Below the pieces are notes generated by a model. It did no database searches and was not told the origin of the DNA. It was given only the letters and a program-made list of their open reading frames with translations. A DNA stretch of 64,000 nt from Octopus sinensis. Taxonomy: Eukaryota. Positions 27,313 to 41,607 of the stretch are shown here, piece by piece (within the stretch, counting starts at the first letter, position 1; every line of letters starts with the position of its first letter). The position numbers were made by a program, and so were the translations under genes. The stretch spans positions 123,256,001 to 123,320,000 of the forward strand of contig NC_042997.1 of NCBI RefSeq assembly GCF_006345805.1. The letters run 5' to 3'.

Positions 27313-28289
27313 TGACCGACGGACCTCGTTAGTGTTTTACAACCTTCATTTTTTGTATATAATTTCCATTAGGATTATATAGAACAACTGAGATGTGGTA
27401 ATCGATATCACATGAGGATTGCGATATTTTAAAGTCATCTAGATGTTTTGAAAATAGTACATTGGTGAGAGGGCGAAAAATTATCCTGACATTACCGGAA
27501 ATACTCAGCTTTCACCCACTCACACACACATATTTTGATGTCTATTGTCCTGTGAGAATGCCTTATTATTGTAGCTGTCAAAATCGAACTATTTCAGTTT
27601 TTCTTTAAACTCTTTTGTCATTTTCATATTTAGAAATATGAGGATCATGCGGAACATTGCAAGACGGAAATAGAAATACTTTTTTTCTCATATTAATGTT
27701 ACATATATTTTCAACATGTCGCTCGTGAACAAACCTATGAGGAATTAATGACACCTCATCTGCTTGACCGAAATGTGTTACTGTTACATTACTGCACTGG
27801 ATTTGACGACATAAATGTAAATCAGGGATATTAGATGCACCCCAAATTCAGACTCGCTTATGTATGAGATGACGTCATTTCTTGCTTTAAAGCGTAATAT
27901 GTAACTCTTACCTGTCATATAGGACCCCGTGTAATTTTTATTCATTTTCTTGGAAATAAAATTGTATTATATGTCATCAAACACGGTAAATGAATTTAAT
28001 AAACTAACTAGAAATGTTTTTACAATGAGGAACAATTTCCATTATTTCAGCAATTTCTGGAAAATTTCTCAGAATACATACGGTTGTACTCGAGACAAAA
28101 ACATATCCGTATCCATGCGCCTCATTTGTTACGACAAAAATCGAAGGAAAAGAAAATAGAGTATAATACTTGTCTTTCCCTCATATCGTTTTTTTTTCGC
28201 TACATAATTGCTTTCAATTTGGTAACACTGATTTATCATTTATATTTTACAGTTCAAATGTTTCTATCATTTGAATGCAGTCATGTTGG

Positions 28290-28615
28290 GTGACTGTATT
28301 GAGGAAACTTTTTTGGAATGAAACTTTCACATTACTTATATTTTAAGCCTTGTAATTACTCTATCAGTATCTTTTGCTAAGACGCTAAATTACGCGCTCT
28401 TAACACACCAACACAGGTTATCAAGCGTTGGTAGGGCGCAAACATAGACGAAAAGGCAAACACACATACACATGTATGTACGACCTGTTTCTTTTAGTCT
28501 CCCCCTACCAAATCCACTCACTACGCTTTTATCTGCCCAAGGTTATAATAGTAATACATATGCACGGTGTCACACAGTAGGACGGAACCCAGAATCTTGT
28601 AGTTACGAAGCAAGC
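28290..28615 (-). mobile_element. SINE family C, diverged, head plus 3' part
   Basis: ctaccaaatccactcac..ttataatag..cacacagtaggacggaaccc, plus the 3' part taacacaccaacac..tcaagcg. Confidence 0.7.
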
Positions 28616-28619
28616 ATAG

Positions 28620-29990
28620 TATTGCTTGTTTTCTCTTCTTTTAGTTTCGATGGAGTTGAATATATTTCTAGTGTTTCTTTCTATGACATTGTTATTTTCA
28701 CAGAGATATTAAAACAATGAGTGGTTGACGTGGACGTCTTTCATAGCTAAATGATTGATGACGACGGCTACTTTTAAATAACACTTGAATTGATATTCGT
28801 GTTATTCCTCATTCCCTTTTTTATCCATAAATTGCTGACAATACTCCAGCTGGCCACTGGTAATATTATAGTGAAGTTGAATAGTAACGTATACATGACT
28901 GAGTTAATGGCTTTCTGTTGTTATATAACATTGACTATAGTTCGTGAGAGGATTCTCGAGACCATATTACTAACCGTTCGTAAGATCGAAATTAACTTCA
29001 AAAGTAATGAATTCTAAACGCCGCAAGGATATCGATGAGCTAGTCATATCGAACAAAAGGTTTCACTATTAAAAGTTAGTGAAGACAAGAGTTTCCTACA
29101 TACTAAGATTTTTCTACGAAGACAGAATGTCTGGAAAAGTTTTGAATTATTTCTCATATAAAACTGTTTAGAGATGCTTGCAGTCTATATTTGAACACAT
29201 GGTAATTGCGGTTAGTTGTTGCTGTTTCAGTCATAATTTTTTGACGGAGCAAGATGTCATTAAAATGGAAGGGCAAGCTACATTACACAGTGTAGTGGCT
29301 ATGGCGAAGAGGGTTATGTTATGGGCAAGACCGAAATGATTAAGGACAGACACTTTTCTCTTCATCCAAGGCTTCGTTAGCTTTTTCAAATGAATGAGAG
29401 TGAGGTAGAAATGGAATTATTAGACGACAAAGTGTAGGGAGCTGAACAACAGTGCTTCAAGAATGTACTTTAGGTGGTTAAAGCGATCTTGGAAGTTCCT
29501 TTATTTGTTTTAGTTTGAAGAAGATTACGCCATCCGTGTATTTACAAACAATAAATCTTATAGTAGCAATTGTCGTCAACATTGTTGTCCACGATATCGT
29601 TATGGCTAACTTTACTTTTCTTACTGTAATTATTTTCCGCATCATTGATATAGTTATTAATGTTTTTTCTCATTTCTGATACCATTCCTTCAGTTTTTTG
29701 TTAGATTTCTTTCAATGCTTTAATCGAATTTCGTATTACTGTGCGCATGCATTTTTCTTCTCGGTATCTCTTATCTTACGATGCAGAATGTTTATACACT
29801 ATAAATGTACTTTCAAGGAGAAATGCTTTACAGTACATGTTCTGACTATCTATATACTGATTTCAAATCCCATCTGCCTAGCAAAGGAAACGGGAAAGAA
29901 CTAGTATTAATAGTAGCCGAATTTCCAGTGATCCAGTTGGTGGCAGGGGCTATTAAGGGAACTCTCAAGTTGTACAGACAATTCTAGAGA
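28620..29990 (+). pseudogene. Decayed protocadherin-like relic 6 (EC1-EC4-like)
   Basis: LATGNIIVKLN..FCCYITLTIV..ETILLTVRKIEINFKSNEF*..LLKVSED..TKIFL in one frame (28850-29116), then EGQATLHSVVAM (~29268) and GRNGII (~29404). Possible continuation LDMLNVYLMKAV at ~31329. Confidence 0.45.
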
Positions 29991-30066
29991 AGGTTCACAT
30001 GCAAATACTAAATGTACACACACACACACACATATATATAAATGACCTCTATTGCGTTTTTGTTCC

Positions 30067-30110
<44 letters not shown>

Positions 30111-30254
30111 TATATATATATACACACACACATTTATTAATATTTATTAGAAAAGATGTAAAGACAAAAACCGGTTACTCAGAGTTTCACGTCCCGGTTC
30201 TCGGACAGTATTTACGCAACCAAAACTGTCCAACTAATGGAAATGTGAAACTGG

Positions 30255-30605
30255 TCAAGTGTTTTCTGCTATAGCCTCGAGCCGACCAAAGCCTTGTGAG
30301 TGGATTCGGTAGACGGAAACTTAACGAAGCTCATCGAATATATGTATATATATATGTGTGTGTGTGTGTGTGTGCGTGTGTGCGTGTGTTTGCGTGTCTG
30401 TGTTTGTCCCTCCTCCTCAACATCGCTTGACATCCGACGCTGGTGTGTGTACGTCGCCGTAACTTAGCGGTTCGTCAAAAAGAGAACGATAGAATAAGTA
30501 CTAGGCTCACAAAGAATAAGTCCTCGGGTCGATTTGCTCGATTAAAAGATCGTACTCTAGCAAAGCGCAGTCCAATAACTGAAACAATTAAATGAATAAA
30601 AGAAT
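30255..30605 (+). mobile_element. SINE family C (head end, internal microsatellite, 3' part)
   Basis: ctatagcctcgagccgaccaaagccttgtgagtggattcggtagacggaaac, then (TA)/(TG)n, then gtttgtcc..gtaacttagcggttcg..aataagtactaggct..ggtcgatttgctcga. Confidence 0.85.
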
Positions 30606-30776
30606 AAGGCGCTTAGCTTTTGCTACAGAGACCAAAGGCCAACGGGTTTAGTATATGAAAAAAGGCTATAAAGCACTTAGTTTTATAGACGTGAAACACC
30701 CGGGTAACCCCATAAACAAGCCATATCTATCTTCATCTCTCTCTGTCTCTGTCTTTGTATATATGAATGCATATAC

Positions 30777-30827
<51 letters not shown>

Positions 30828-30828
30828 C

Positions 30829-30869
<41 letters not shown>

Positions 30870-31839
30870 TTAGAGAGTGGAAGACTGGTAAAGAGGGAAT
30901 ACTTAAGTGTTAGAGTATATATTTTGACATGTAATCTTCAGTTTTAATGCTGTCTCTGTGTTTGTGTTTGCGTCTTTGTGTGTGTGTATGTATGTGTGTG
31001 TGTGTGTGTGTGTGCGTGTGTGTATGTGTGTTTGAGGATTCGTCTAATTTGATTTTCGATCACATACGCATATATTTTCTACACGATGTAGAATACAAAT
31101 ATTTAATTGCTCTATGCGTAAAACACATTACGTGACTAAGAGATATTGCTGCTGCCCTGTGATCCATATTTTTACAACGTATTAATGGATATTTGATAAG
31201 GAGCTATCCAGATATAGGCTGATTTTCATATGTCTGCACGGAAATTGCATTTCGCAAGATTTGTGCAACATAGCAATTTCATGTTGTTTAGCCTGATGTT
31301 TTGATTTAGCGTTAAACAGGTGCAGTGATTAGACATGTTAAATGTATACTTAATGAAAGCAGTTTCTGTAAAGAAAGGAAATGGGGTAATTGACGACATG
31401 CGACTGGGTTTGATCTGCACGAATGTATTAGTATCATGATGATGATGATGATGAGGATGATGATGTGTGTTTTCCCTCAGTTATTGAATTTGCAATGTGC
31501 TGCATTGCTAATATTAATACTGAAAAACCATGTTGACAAATGTGAAATATCCGAAACATAGGAAGCTACTAGTGTCCATCTAATGTTGTACATTGCTGAC
31601 GTACAAGATTTATAGATATACGCATATATGTGTGTCTATGCGTATATATATGGGTGTGGTGGGACTGAGGATGGGTGAGTGTGTGCATGTGTGTACGCGT
31701 GTAATTTTATCATAAATATATGAGCCTTTGGATTAACAGTGTCATTAATAGTTTATCATGGAAACCAAACAAACTATTATACATGTTGATTTCATGAAAC
31801 TATTAACAAAGTTTTGACGGTCATATACATATATACTGA

Positions 31840-32070
31840 AGGCGGCGAGCTGGTAGAACAGTTAGCACGCCAGGCGAAATGCATAGCCGTATTTCGTCTG
31901 CCGTTACGTTCTGAGTTCAAATTCCGCCGAGGTCGACTTTGCCTTTCATCATTTCGGTGTCGATAAATTAAGTACCAGTTACGCCCTGGGGTCGATGTAA
32001 TTGACTTAATGCATTTGTCTGTCCTTGTTTATCCCCTCTATGTTTAGCCCCTTGTGGGTAATAAAGAAAC
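31840..32070 (+). mobile_element. SINE family A, full-length
   Basis: ggcggcgagctggtagaacagttagcacgcc..gttcaaattccgccgaggtcgactttgcctttcatc..cccttgtgggtaataaagaaa. Confidence 0.9.
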
Positions 32071-32279
32071 ACTCATACATATATACATACACACACACGC
32101 ACATACGCGCATATACATACATACATACATACCCATATAAATGCATGAAAGTGCTTATAAATATAATAATATAGAGCGAACATGAATATATCAGGGCAGT
32201 GAATGGCACACATTTAAACAGCAGAGACACATGGTGGTATATTAAATAACAAACAATAAAAAATATTGATTTATTGTAA

Positions 32280-33070
32280 TTATCTCATCTTCCAGCAAAA
32301 TGTTGGAAAATCGTTTCGTTTAATTCGAAACCAACACGGAATAGGGACAAAAAAAATATTTTTGAAGAATTCTTCGTAATTGAGATGCCATTACGTAAAA
32401 GCCACTTTGAAGGTGTTAAAATAGAGAAACTTTAAGAGAAGACTTTTAGTAGTATTTCTATTTGAATCAAATGCATATAACTTTTGTTTAAAATATGTTG
32501 TAAATTAATATAGTTAATTGATTCTAATAACTAAATGTCTTGTAACTGCAAATTTTAATATCAGTAATCATATTTAGAAGTTGTCAAGCAATAATGTGGA
32601 AAGAAATACATTGCACGACTATTAGTTGGTATGATAAGCAAGGGATACGTAAAGATGTGTCATTTAACTTACTAAAGCAGTTTGTTGTCGTTACTCTTCA
32701 TAGCTAGGTTGCAAATTTCTCTATTGAAATTAAGTATTTTATAATATTTTATCATGATTTCATATCTGATTTTGTCATTTTGAAAGAATCCTTCTTAGAA
32801 AAGACTGCGTCGTTTCTTTTCACAAATCTAAAAGTCAACAATCTCAAATTCTTAGTTAATATCAACCCAAAAATGTCATATGCAATGTTAAATTGTAAAA
32901 AGAGAGAAAGAAAGCAAATTGTGGAATCTTTACTGTTAAGCGAACTATATTTAAAAATAAAGTAAGATAACCACGAAAATCATGAATAGTTTGTACTGAA
33001 AATATTGAATACTTCTTAAATATATGAAATATCCACAGCTTCTTCTAATTTCTACAATAATATTCCCAGA
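32280..33070 (+). pseudogene. Decayed protocadherin-like relic 7
   Basis: FFVIE..VKIEKL* (~32370-32435) and SNNVERNTLHDY*L (32587-32628, like DxGxNxxxxYxL). Possible continuation at 36290-36570 beyond the nested insertions. Weak. Confidence 0.25.
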
Positions 33071-33094
33071 ATAATGAAATATAACATATATATA

Positions 33095-33236
33095 TGAGTG
33101 GCTGTATGGTAAGCAGCTTGCTTACCAATCACATGGCTCCGGGATCATTCCCACTGCGTGGCACATTGGGTAAGTGTCTTCTACTATAGCCTTGTGAGTG
33201 GATTTGGTAGACGGACACTGAAAGAAGACCGTCGTA
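33095..33236 (+). mobile_element. SINE family C head (3' part displaced to 35660-35845)
   Basis: gagtggctgtatggtaagcagcttgcttacc..ccactgcgtggcac..gatttggtagacgg..gtcgtata. Confidence 0.85.
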
Positions 33237-33480
33237 TATATATATATATATATAATTAATCAATATAGGGTGGCAAAAAATTTCGTAGAATTTTTTTGCC
33301 ACCAGCGGCCTAGTGGGAAAAAATTAAATAGTCATAGACCATTTATAAATTCAACAGCAAAATCAAGGAACGGCCATAATAGGCCATTCACCCGCTAGAA
33401 ATAACAGCCAAAGCTTCAACCGCAAAACAACATTAATTCCGCAAACCAGGAGAAAATTAAAAAAACATTTACCCTGTAGT

Positions 33481-33583
33481 TCCTTATACGATGCACCGTT
33501 TCATCTATTGTTTAATGGTAAACTAACCTGATTAAATTAAATCAAGCTAGTCTTCCATAGGCCGATAGATTCGTCAGTAAGAA
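33481..33583 (-). ncRNA. Type I hammerhead ribozyme, inverted copy
   Basis: Reverse complement of 34121-34223. Confidence 0.72.
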
Positions 33584-34120
33584 CAGCCAGATCGGAGCAG
33601 ATATTTACACGAGGCACTTCTATCACTGTCTCGGCAATATCTGACCTAAAATTTTCAAATCATCGCACTCGCGCCAAATTTATCGGCAGCAAATATAAGC
33701 AGCCGATTCCAATAGATGAAACGGTGCATCGTATAAGGAACTACAGGGTAAATGTTTTTTTTAATTTTCTCCTGGTTTGCGGAATTAATGTTGTTTTGCG
33801 GTTGAAGCTTTGGCTGTTATTTCTAGTGGGTGAATGGCCTGTTATGGCCGTTCCTTGATTTTGCTGTTGAATTTATAAATGGTCTATGACTATTTAATTT
33901 TTTCCCACTAGGCCGCTGGTGGCAAAAAAATTCTACGAAATTTTTTGCCACCCTATATTGATTAATTATGAATTTTCTGGTTAATTCCGTAATGGAATCG
34001 GCGGCTTATATTTGCTGCCGATAAATTTGGCGCGAGTGCGATGATTTGAAAATTTTAGGTCAGATATTGCCGAGACAGTGATAGAAGTGCCTCGTGTAAA
34101 TATCTGCTCCGATCTGGCTG

Positions 34121-34223
34121 TTCTTACTGACGAATCTATCGGCCTATGGAAGACTAGCTTGATTTAATTTAATCAGGTTAGTTTACCATTAAACAATAGA
34201 TGAAACGGTGCATCGTATAAGGA
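34121..34223 (+). ncRNA. Type I hammerhead ribozyme
   Basis: Stem I ttctta/taagga, CTGACGA at 34127-34133, stem II atctat/atagat with an extended internal hairpin, GAAA at 34202-34205, near-palindromic stem III cggtgcatcg, cleavage triplet GTA at 34215-34217. Confidence 0.75.
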
Positions 34224-34362
34224 ACTACAGGGTAAATGTTTTTTTTATTTTCTCCTGGTTTGCGGAATTAATGTTGTCTTGCGGTTGAAGCTTTGGCTGT
34301 TATTTCTAGTGGGTGAATGGCCTATTATGGCCGTTCCTTGATTTTGATATATATATATATAC

Positions 34363-35655
34363 ACGAGGGGCGTTCAATAAGTAATGCCCCTGACCCACTT
34401 CCCATAGCAGTAGAGTAACGAAACTTAGCATAGTTATTAGTCTTTTTCTACATAGGAACCACCCAGAGTTATGCATTTCTCCCATCGTTTGATGCGGCTC
34501 TGGAGACCGTTTTTGTAGAAGAACCCAGCTTGGTCCTCCAACCTCAACGTGACTTCAGAAATCAAGGCTGCATCATCTGGGAAACGCTTTCCTTTCAAAA
34601 ACAACTTCATGATTAGGAAGAGGTGAAAATCAGAGGGTGCAAGGTCAGGAAAGTAGGGGGGATGGGGAGGAGTTCATAGCCATACGCCTGTGCTTCTGAT
34701 CTGGCGACAAGCGAGTTGTGGACCGGAGCGTTGTCCTGCAGGAGGAGGATGCCTTTGCTGATCTTGCCCCGCCTCTTGATTTTGATAACTTCTCTTAATT
34801 TCCTCAGAAGCGAAGCATAGTAGGCTCCTGCAATTGTAGTACCCTTTGCCAGGAAATCTGTCATCACTACTCCGTCCTGGTCCCAGAAGACTGTGAGCAT
34901 GACCTTGCCAGCGGAAGGCTGCACCCTTGCCTTCTTTGGAGGGGGTGAGTCACGGTGCTTCCACTGCATTGACTGGGATTTGGTCTCTAGATCATCGTGA
35001 TGGACCCAGGTTTCATCCTGTGTAATCAGTCTTTTGAAAAATTTTGACTCATCTTCTTGGCACATCTCCAAATTCACCCTCGAGCACTCGACGCGTTCTT
35101 GCTTCTGGAAAGGCGTGAGCAACCTAGGATTCCATCTGGCAGACACCTTTTGCATATGCAAATGGTCATGAATGATAGTTTCCACAGACCCGGTACTAAT
35201 CTTGACCTCATGGGCTATTTGGCGAATAATTATGCGTCGATCTTCTAAAATGGCAGCCTCAACTTGACGGACAGATGCCTCATCAATGGCAGAAGGGGGC
35301 GACCAGATCTGGGAGCTGTTTCCACAGAGTTTCGACCATGTTTGAATTCACGATGCCAGCGTTTTACAAGGCCATATGACGGGGCATCATCACCATAAGT
35401 TACTTTCATTTCATCAAAAGTCTCCCGTGGTGTGCGTCCTTTCAAATACAAAAACCGGATCACTGCTCGACACTCAACAGGCTCCATTTCACACTTAACT
35501 CGGTTCAAACACCTGTAAATCAGAAACCACAATTAATTCAGAGCTGTAATTTGCCACCTACTTTATAGAGATATAAATGATTGCACATACAAAATTTCAG
35601 CTAGATCAAACAAATGCAAGTGGGTCAGAGGCATTACTTATTGAACGTCCCTCGT
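34363..35655 (-). mobile_element. Mariner transposon, near-intact (irritans-like TIR)
   Basis: TIRs acgaggg(g/a)cgttcaataagtaatgcc(c/t)ctgacccactt. Transposase MEPVECRAVIRFL..RSGRP, WNPRLL, TQDETW and QDNAPVH, with frameshifts near 35295 and in the G-run near 34660. Confidence 0.95.
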
Positions 35656-35659
35656 AGAT

Positions 35660-35845
35660 ATATATATATATATATGTTTGTTTGTGTGTCTGTGTTTGTC
35701 CCCCCAATATTGCTTGACAACCGATGGTGGTGTGTTTATGTCCCTGTAACTTAGCGGTTCGGCAAAAGAGACCGATAGAATAAGTACTAGGCTTACAAAG
35801 AATAAGTCCTGGGGTCGATTTGGTCGACTAAAGGCGGTGCTGCAG
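35660..35845 (+). mobile_element. SINE family C 3' part
   Basis: Matches 30395-30560 (gtaacttagcggttcggcaaaagagaccgatagaataagtactaggcttacaaagaataagtcc). Confidence 0.85.
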
Positions 35846-35860
35846 AGAAAGAGAAAGAGA

Positions 35861-35904
<44 letters not shown>

Positions 35905-37104
35905 TATATTCTGAAGAATCCATCCCCCGCAAAGCAAATTGTGACAGAAAGAGAACCGATAAATGTTCATAATGCATGTTGGAATACTGCTGTTGCTACT
36001 CTAATAGCATGTATTTCCTTTACCTTACTTAGGTAAGGTTTACATTCAAAAGATAAACGAGATAAAATCCATAACAAAATGCAATCAAAATACAACACAA
36101 CTTCTAATTTCGCACTTAACATCTCATTATTCCGAAATAATGCTTTTGTAAAAACACTCTGAAAACGTATTTACAGTACACATCTCGAAACAACATTTCT
36201 TAAATGAAAAATATAGTTCGCGATAGCATCCTTGCAAGTAGTAAGCAAAAAAAAAAAAATGCATAAACTTGCTTCACCTCTAATCCAATGTACTTCCCAC
36301 TTACTGACATGCAATTATGCTTCGGGAACAAGGTAGAAGCAATCACATCTATTTATCAGATTTTATTGGGATTTGTAAATAAAACAGATTGCACTAAGAC
36401 GGATTATACTTTCCTTAAGAAGGAATTACATTCGAAAAATTTCGCTTCGGCGAAATACCATGCCTCAGCAGACGTTTGGAACGAAATTTGACACTCTTGC
36501 ATATTTCAAACGATAACATATCTTGAAATCATCTGTGTACCCAGATAAATACACTTAAGCCATACCCTACTCGATTTACCTCCTTAGATAAATGAACATA
36601 TGTTTACTAAGTGTACACACACACTTAATGATGCCCGCTATCCATGTTATGATATCCATACATATACGCGCAATAAAATCTAATGATTTATAATTTGCGC
36701 AAAAATGTAAGTTTGCTTTCTCATGTCTTAGCATTGGATTTAGATTTATAAGTGTATAATTATATATGTAATTTAAATGACACCACTGTTTTAGCGTACA
36801 GTACTATTTGCTTCATAGAATACATTTGTCCATTTTTCCTTATGTATGCATGTGTTTTGGCAGAGCTATCAATATAGGCATCGAGTTGCATTTGTAAATC
36901 TGCTTGTATTTCCATATTCGCCAATTTCGAAAGCGTCTTTTAATCATAAGCGTTTGTCAACTCAAGCTTCCAAATAAAGTGCAAGATTGCATATGTTCAT
37001 GCACATGTGTGGATGTATATTATAGTTTGTATGTATGAACATATCTATCAATATATATTTATGCGGTTGTATGAATGTAGAGGTATATATATATATATAT
37101 ATAA

Positions 37105-37437
37105 AGTTAATCCAAACATGAAAGCACAAAAAAATACAACAACTCGAGGACGTGGAACAAATTTAGTATTATTGGACGCTCAGGAAAGAAGGAGGTTTTA
37201 ATATTTCGAGCGGAGCTCTTCGTCGGAAACATAGGAGAAGGAAAGATTCAGAGAAAGGACGACAGAGGAAAAAGAATCGCTAGTGTGTGTGTATCTATCT
37301 ATCATTCGCAATGATTGATCGCTAGCCACTACACATTCTTTATTTTCTCTCCTTGTTTCTTTCTGTGTTCCTTTCTGTGGAAGAGCGTAGGCTCAAAACC
37401 TTAAAAACTTTTTCACTTCCCAAGCGTTATACTAATA
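37105..37437. mobile_element. Two short Penelope-terminus-like repeats in opposite orientation
   Basis: 37105-37285 matches 45581-45790 (gttaatc.aaacatgaaa..cgaggacgtggaacaa). 37315-37437 is the reverse complement of 9670-9792. Confidence 0.65.
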
Positions 37438-37458
37438 CGACCATATGTCAAAGATTAA

Positions 37459-38483
<1,025 letters not shown>

Positions 38484-38634
38484 TTATCAATAATTATATT
38501 TCTAAACTAATTCTTAACTTATGGCAAACACATGTACTTTCTGGGGACGAAGATGTATTAACTTTAATTCATTACCATACTTTCGAAGTATTAACATGGG
38601 CATCATTACAAAGTCATATTCGGTTAGATTTTGA

Positions 38635-39184
38635 AATTGACGTTTTATTGATAAATATTGTTTTCCTCTCATTGCGTCCCAGTTTTCCATCATTTTTTTC
38701 TACATAGCCTTACACATCGTATATAAATTAGTTTCCCCAAATACCACAAGTATATTATGCCTCATTCATTTTTCTGCAGCTTTTTTTTTATGAAAATGTT
38801 GGTATTTAAGGAGTTCTATATTGTGATAATAGTTTGCCACACAACAAACCTTTTCGAACTTGTCATCTTCCTCAACATCTCTTTAGCCTGCCATTACACT
38901 CTGCAACGTTACGTCTTGAACATAATCGTTAGCGTTCTATGTCATCAACCATGTACTTAGGCCATTAGAGTTGCAGGTTATCTGTCATTTCTTAACCGGA
39001 ACCTGAGGTATATATGCTATCTGTGTTTTGTTTTAGCATCTACATATGACTTCCATGTTTAATCGTTTATCTTTCAGGGCACTTCTATAGAGGAGGAAAG
39101 CATCTCTTATAAATATTTTAGCATCTAGCTTTGTTTTACGATGAACCATTTAGTGCATTGCAAATTCTGACTTTCAGCAAGTGT

Positions 39185-39222
<38 letters not shown>

Positions 39223-39251
39223 ATGTGTGTGTGTGTATGTATATATATATA

Positions 39252-39294
<43 letters not shown>

Positions 39295-40670
39295 AGTATA
39301 TATGGCCGCTCGTGTGTAAATATGTGAGTCTATGTATATTGCATTTATGGAAGAATTTAGACTGAGAATGTGTAGATCGAAATGGAATATTTATCACCCG
39401 GTTCATGTTAATTTGATATTTTGTTCTTTAGTCCTATGGCTATGTCATATTTATCATCGTTCACGTGTATGTTCCATAACAATCCATGTTCTTGCTATTA
39501 CAATGGGTTGGCAGATACTATAAGGTCTCACATAATATGCTTGGTGGTGTTACACCTGACCCTTTAAGTTTCGAGTCTAAATCCCGAATGGTAATCTTTA
39601 TGATTTACCCCCCAGTCCTCGATAAAATTATGTGCCAGTGAAATATCAATTTCGATAGCATTGAGGGACCCCTTTCCATTAATTGTCCCCCTTCTGTTTA
39701 AATTTGGAAAGCAATAGTAAATGAGGCGAATTATTAGAAAGCCGAGCAAAAGGCCTTGCAGTATTTCTTAATCTATTTTTTCTCTTCCTTTCAGTGTTCA
39801 AAATTTTCCAGCGTATACTTTGTCTTTCAATCTGTCAGTCCAGATAATACCTCTCAAGTACTGAAACCCATATAAACTTACAGAGGTTTTGTTTGAATTA
39901 GAAAAAAATATTAATATTTTCTGCTTGGTTAAATAATCTGATCTGTTTTAAATTGTTTTCAAAATTATACCGTGGACGAAAAACATGTCACCTCTATTTG
40001 TTTCATTCATCGTTGTAACATTTTCAGTCCGAGCATTCCTTTTTACGTGTGCTCAATGCAAATTTACGTTCGTATCCATATTGAACTGTGTGTATGTGAA
40101 AGTGGAGCAACGATTATTATAAAGGACACACTATTATTTATTTTTTATGCGCCCTTTTCAAGCCCAGCCAGGCGCATAGCTCGGTTTCCCGGTTTCTATA
40201 GCGTATGTGTCCCCCCCAGCTGGACAGAACAGCGTTACTCAAGAAACAGGAAGAAAGAGTGAGAGAAAGTTGGGGTGAAAGAGTACAACAGGGGTCGCCA
40301 CCACACACTGCCGAAGCCTCGTGCAGCTTTAGGTGTTTTCCCTCAATAAACACGACCCTCCGAAACCGCGACCCTCCGACCGCAAGTCCGCTGCCCTAAC
40401 CACTGGGCCATTGCGCCTCCACATACAGGACACACGGTTAGTCATTATTATGATTTATAAACTGCTGACTTCTTTGAATTTTTGGTTTTATGCAATCATG
40501 TGTTTTATTATGTAACTGTACATTTAGACTGTTACTATGCCAGCCGGCCCATATTAATTAATATATATTTACAAGAAACTAGAATCCGTCGTGTCACAAT
40601 TTTGCTCTTCAAAATCTTACGGCATACATTCAGTGGTCTAACATTTACGCATAAATCCAACTGTTTTTGA
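38635..40670 (+). pseudogene. Decayed protocadherin-like relic 8
   Basis: DVLLINIVFLSLRPSFP (38639-38689, at the DxNDNxPxFP position), MPHSF..ENVGI*GVLYC..NKPF (~38757-38853), PVLDK..NINF (~39610) and, after a SINE, VTVHLDCYY..LFKILRHTFSGLTF (40512-40645, EC6-like). Confidence 0.45.
40132..40423 (-). mobile_element. SINE family B with TSD
   Basis: Reverse complement of the 16783 and 48076 copies. aggacacac is duplicated at ~40123 and ~40427. Confidence 0.88.
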
Positions 40671-40704
40671 ACGGTGGGCATCCGTTGATATTAAAGACTC
40701 TACT

Positions 40705-40853
40705 ATTTGAGTGGTACTTTGATTTATCGACCATGAAACTATGAAAAGCAAAGCTGACGCCGTGGGGAATTTAACGATGAATATAAAATGTTGGAACAAA
40801 TATCGCAAAACATCTATCGGTTCGCGCTAATGATTCTGTCAGTTTGCCACCTT
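40705..40853 (-). mobile_element. SINE family A, diverged
   Basis: ggtactttgatttatcgacc..atgaaaagcaaagctgac..gattctgtcagtttgccacctt. Confidence 0.65.
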
Positions 40854-41423
40854 CTGGCTTAAACACATTCGCAGTCGTTCAAAATTTTACAGGATATATC
40901 TTTAAATTAAATTAATTTAGACAAGCTGCGCCAGTCGAATTACTATGGAATTATGTATTAATGTTAGATAGAAAAACATGGACATCACGTAAGTAAACAA
41001 AAACCCACTGGTTTTACAAATGAATATTAATTTTTCGATCTTCTGAACTGTCTGTTCAATTGAATTAGCAAGTAAGCGGTTGAGTATTCCAACTGTTACT
41101 TAAAGAGAGCTTCAAGTGGAATGCAAATGCTGTATTACAATGTTACCGTATTCATTTACAACAAATACAGATATAAAGTGATCGAAAAATTTCCAACAGG
41201 AAGTGTCGAACCAATTTCAATCGCAACAATTCATTTCACATTATGCTAAGAATAAAATTATTTTTCCCGAGGAGCAAGGCATTGTAACCGAACACATGGT
41301 CTTTTGGGCTAAGCTACTTTAAGTGTGTGTGCGCGTGTGCCATTTACACGTACATGAAATAAAAGTAACACAAAATACAAAAACATGTACACACATATAT
41401 ATACATATATATATATATAATAT

Positions 41424-41458
<35 letters not shown>

Positions 41459-41463
41459 TATAT

Positions 41464-41513
<50 letters not shown>

Positions 41514-41607
41514 TGTATTTATATATATGTATATATATATACATGTATATATGTATATATATATATAAATATATCTATAATTATATATATATATATATAT
41601 AATATAT

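Larger units (their letters stand above)
33253..34346. mobile_element. Non-autonomous hammerhead-bearing element (~485-bp unit, inverted plus partial tandem copies)
   Basis: 33253-33709 is the near-perfect reverse complement of 33710-34346. caatagatgaaacgg recurs at 33710 and 34194. (TA)n on both sides and no ORF. Confidence 0.85.
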
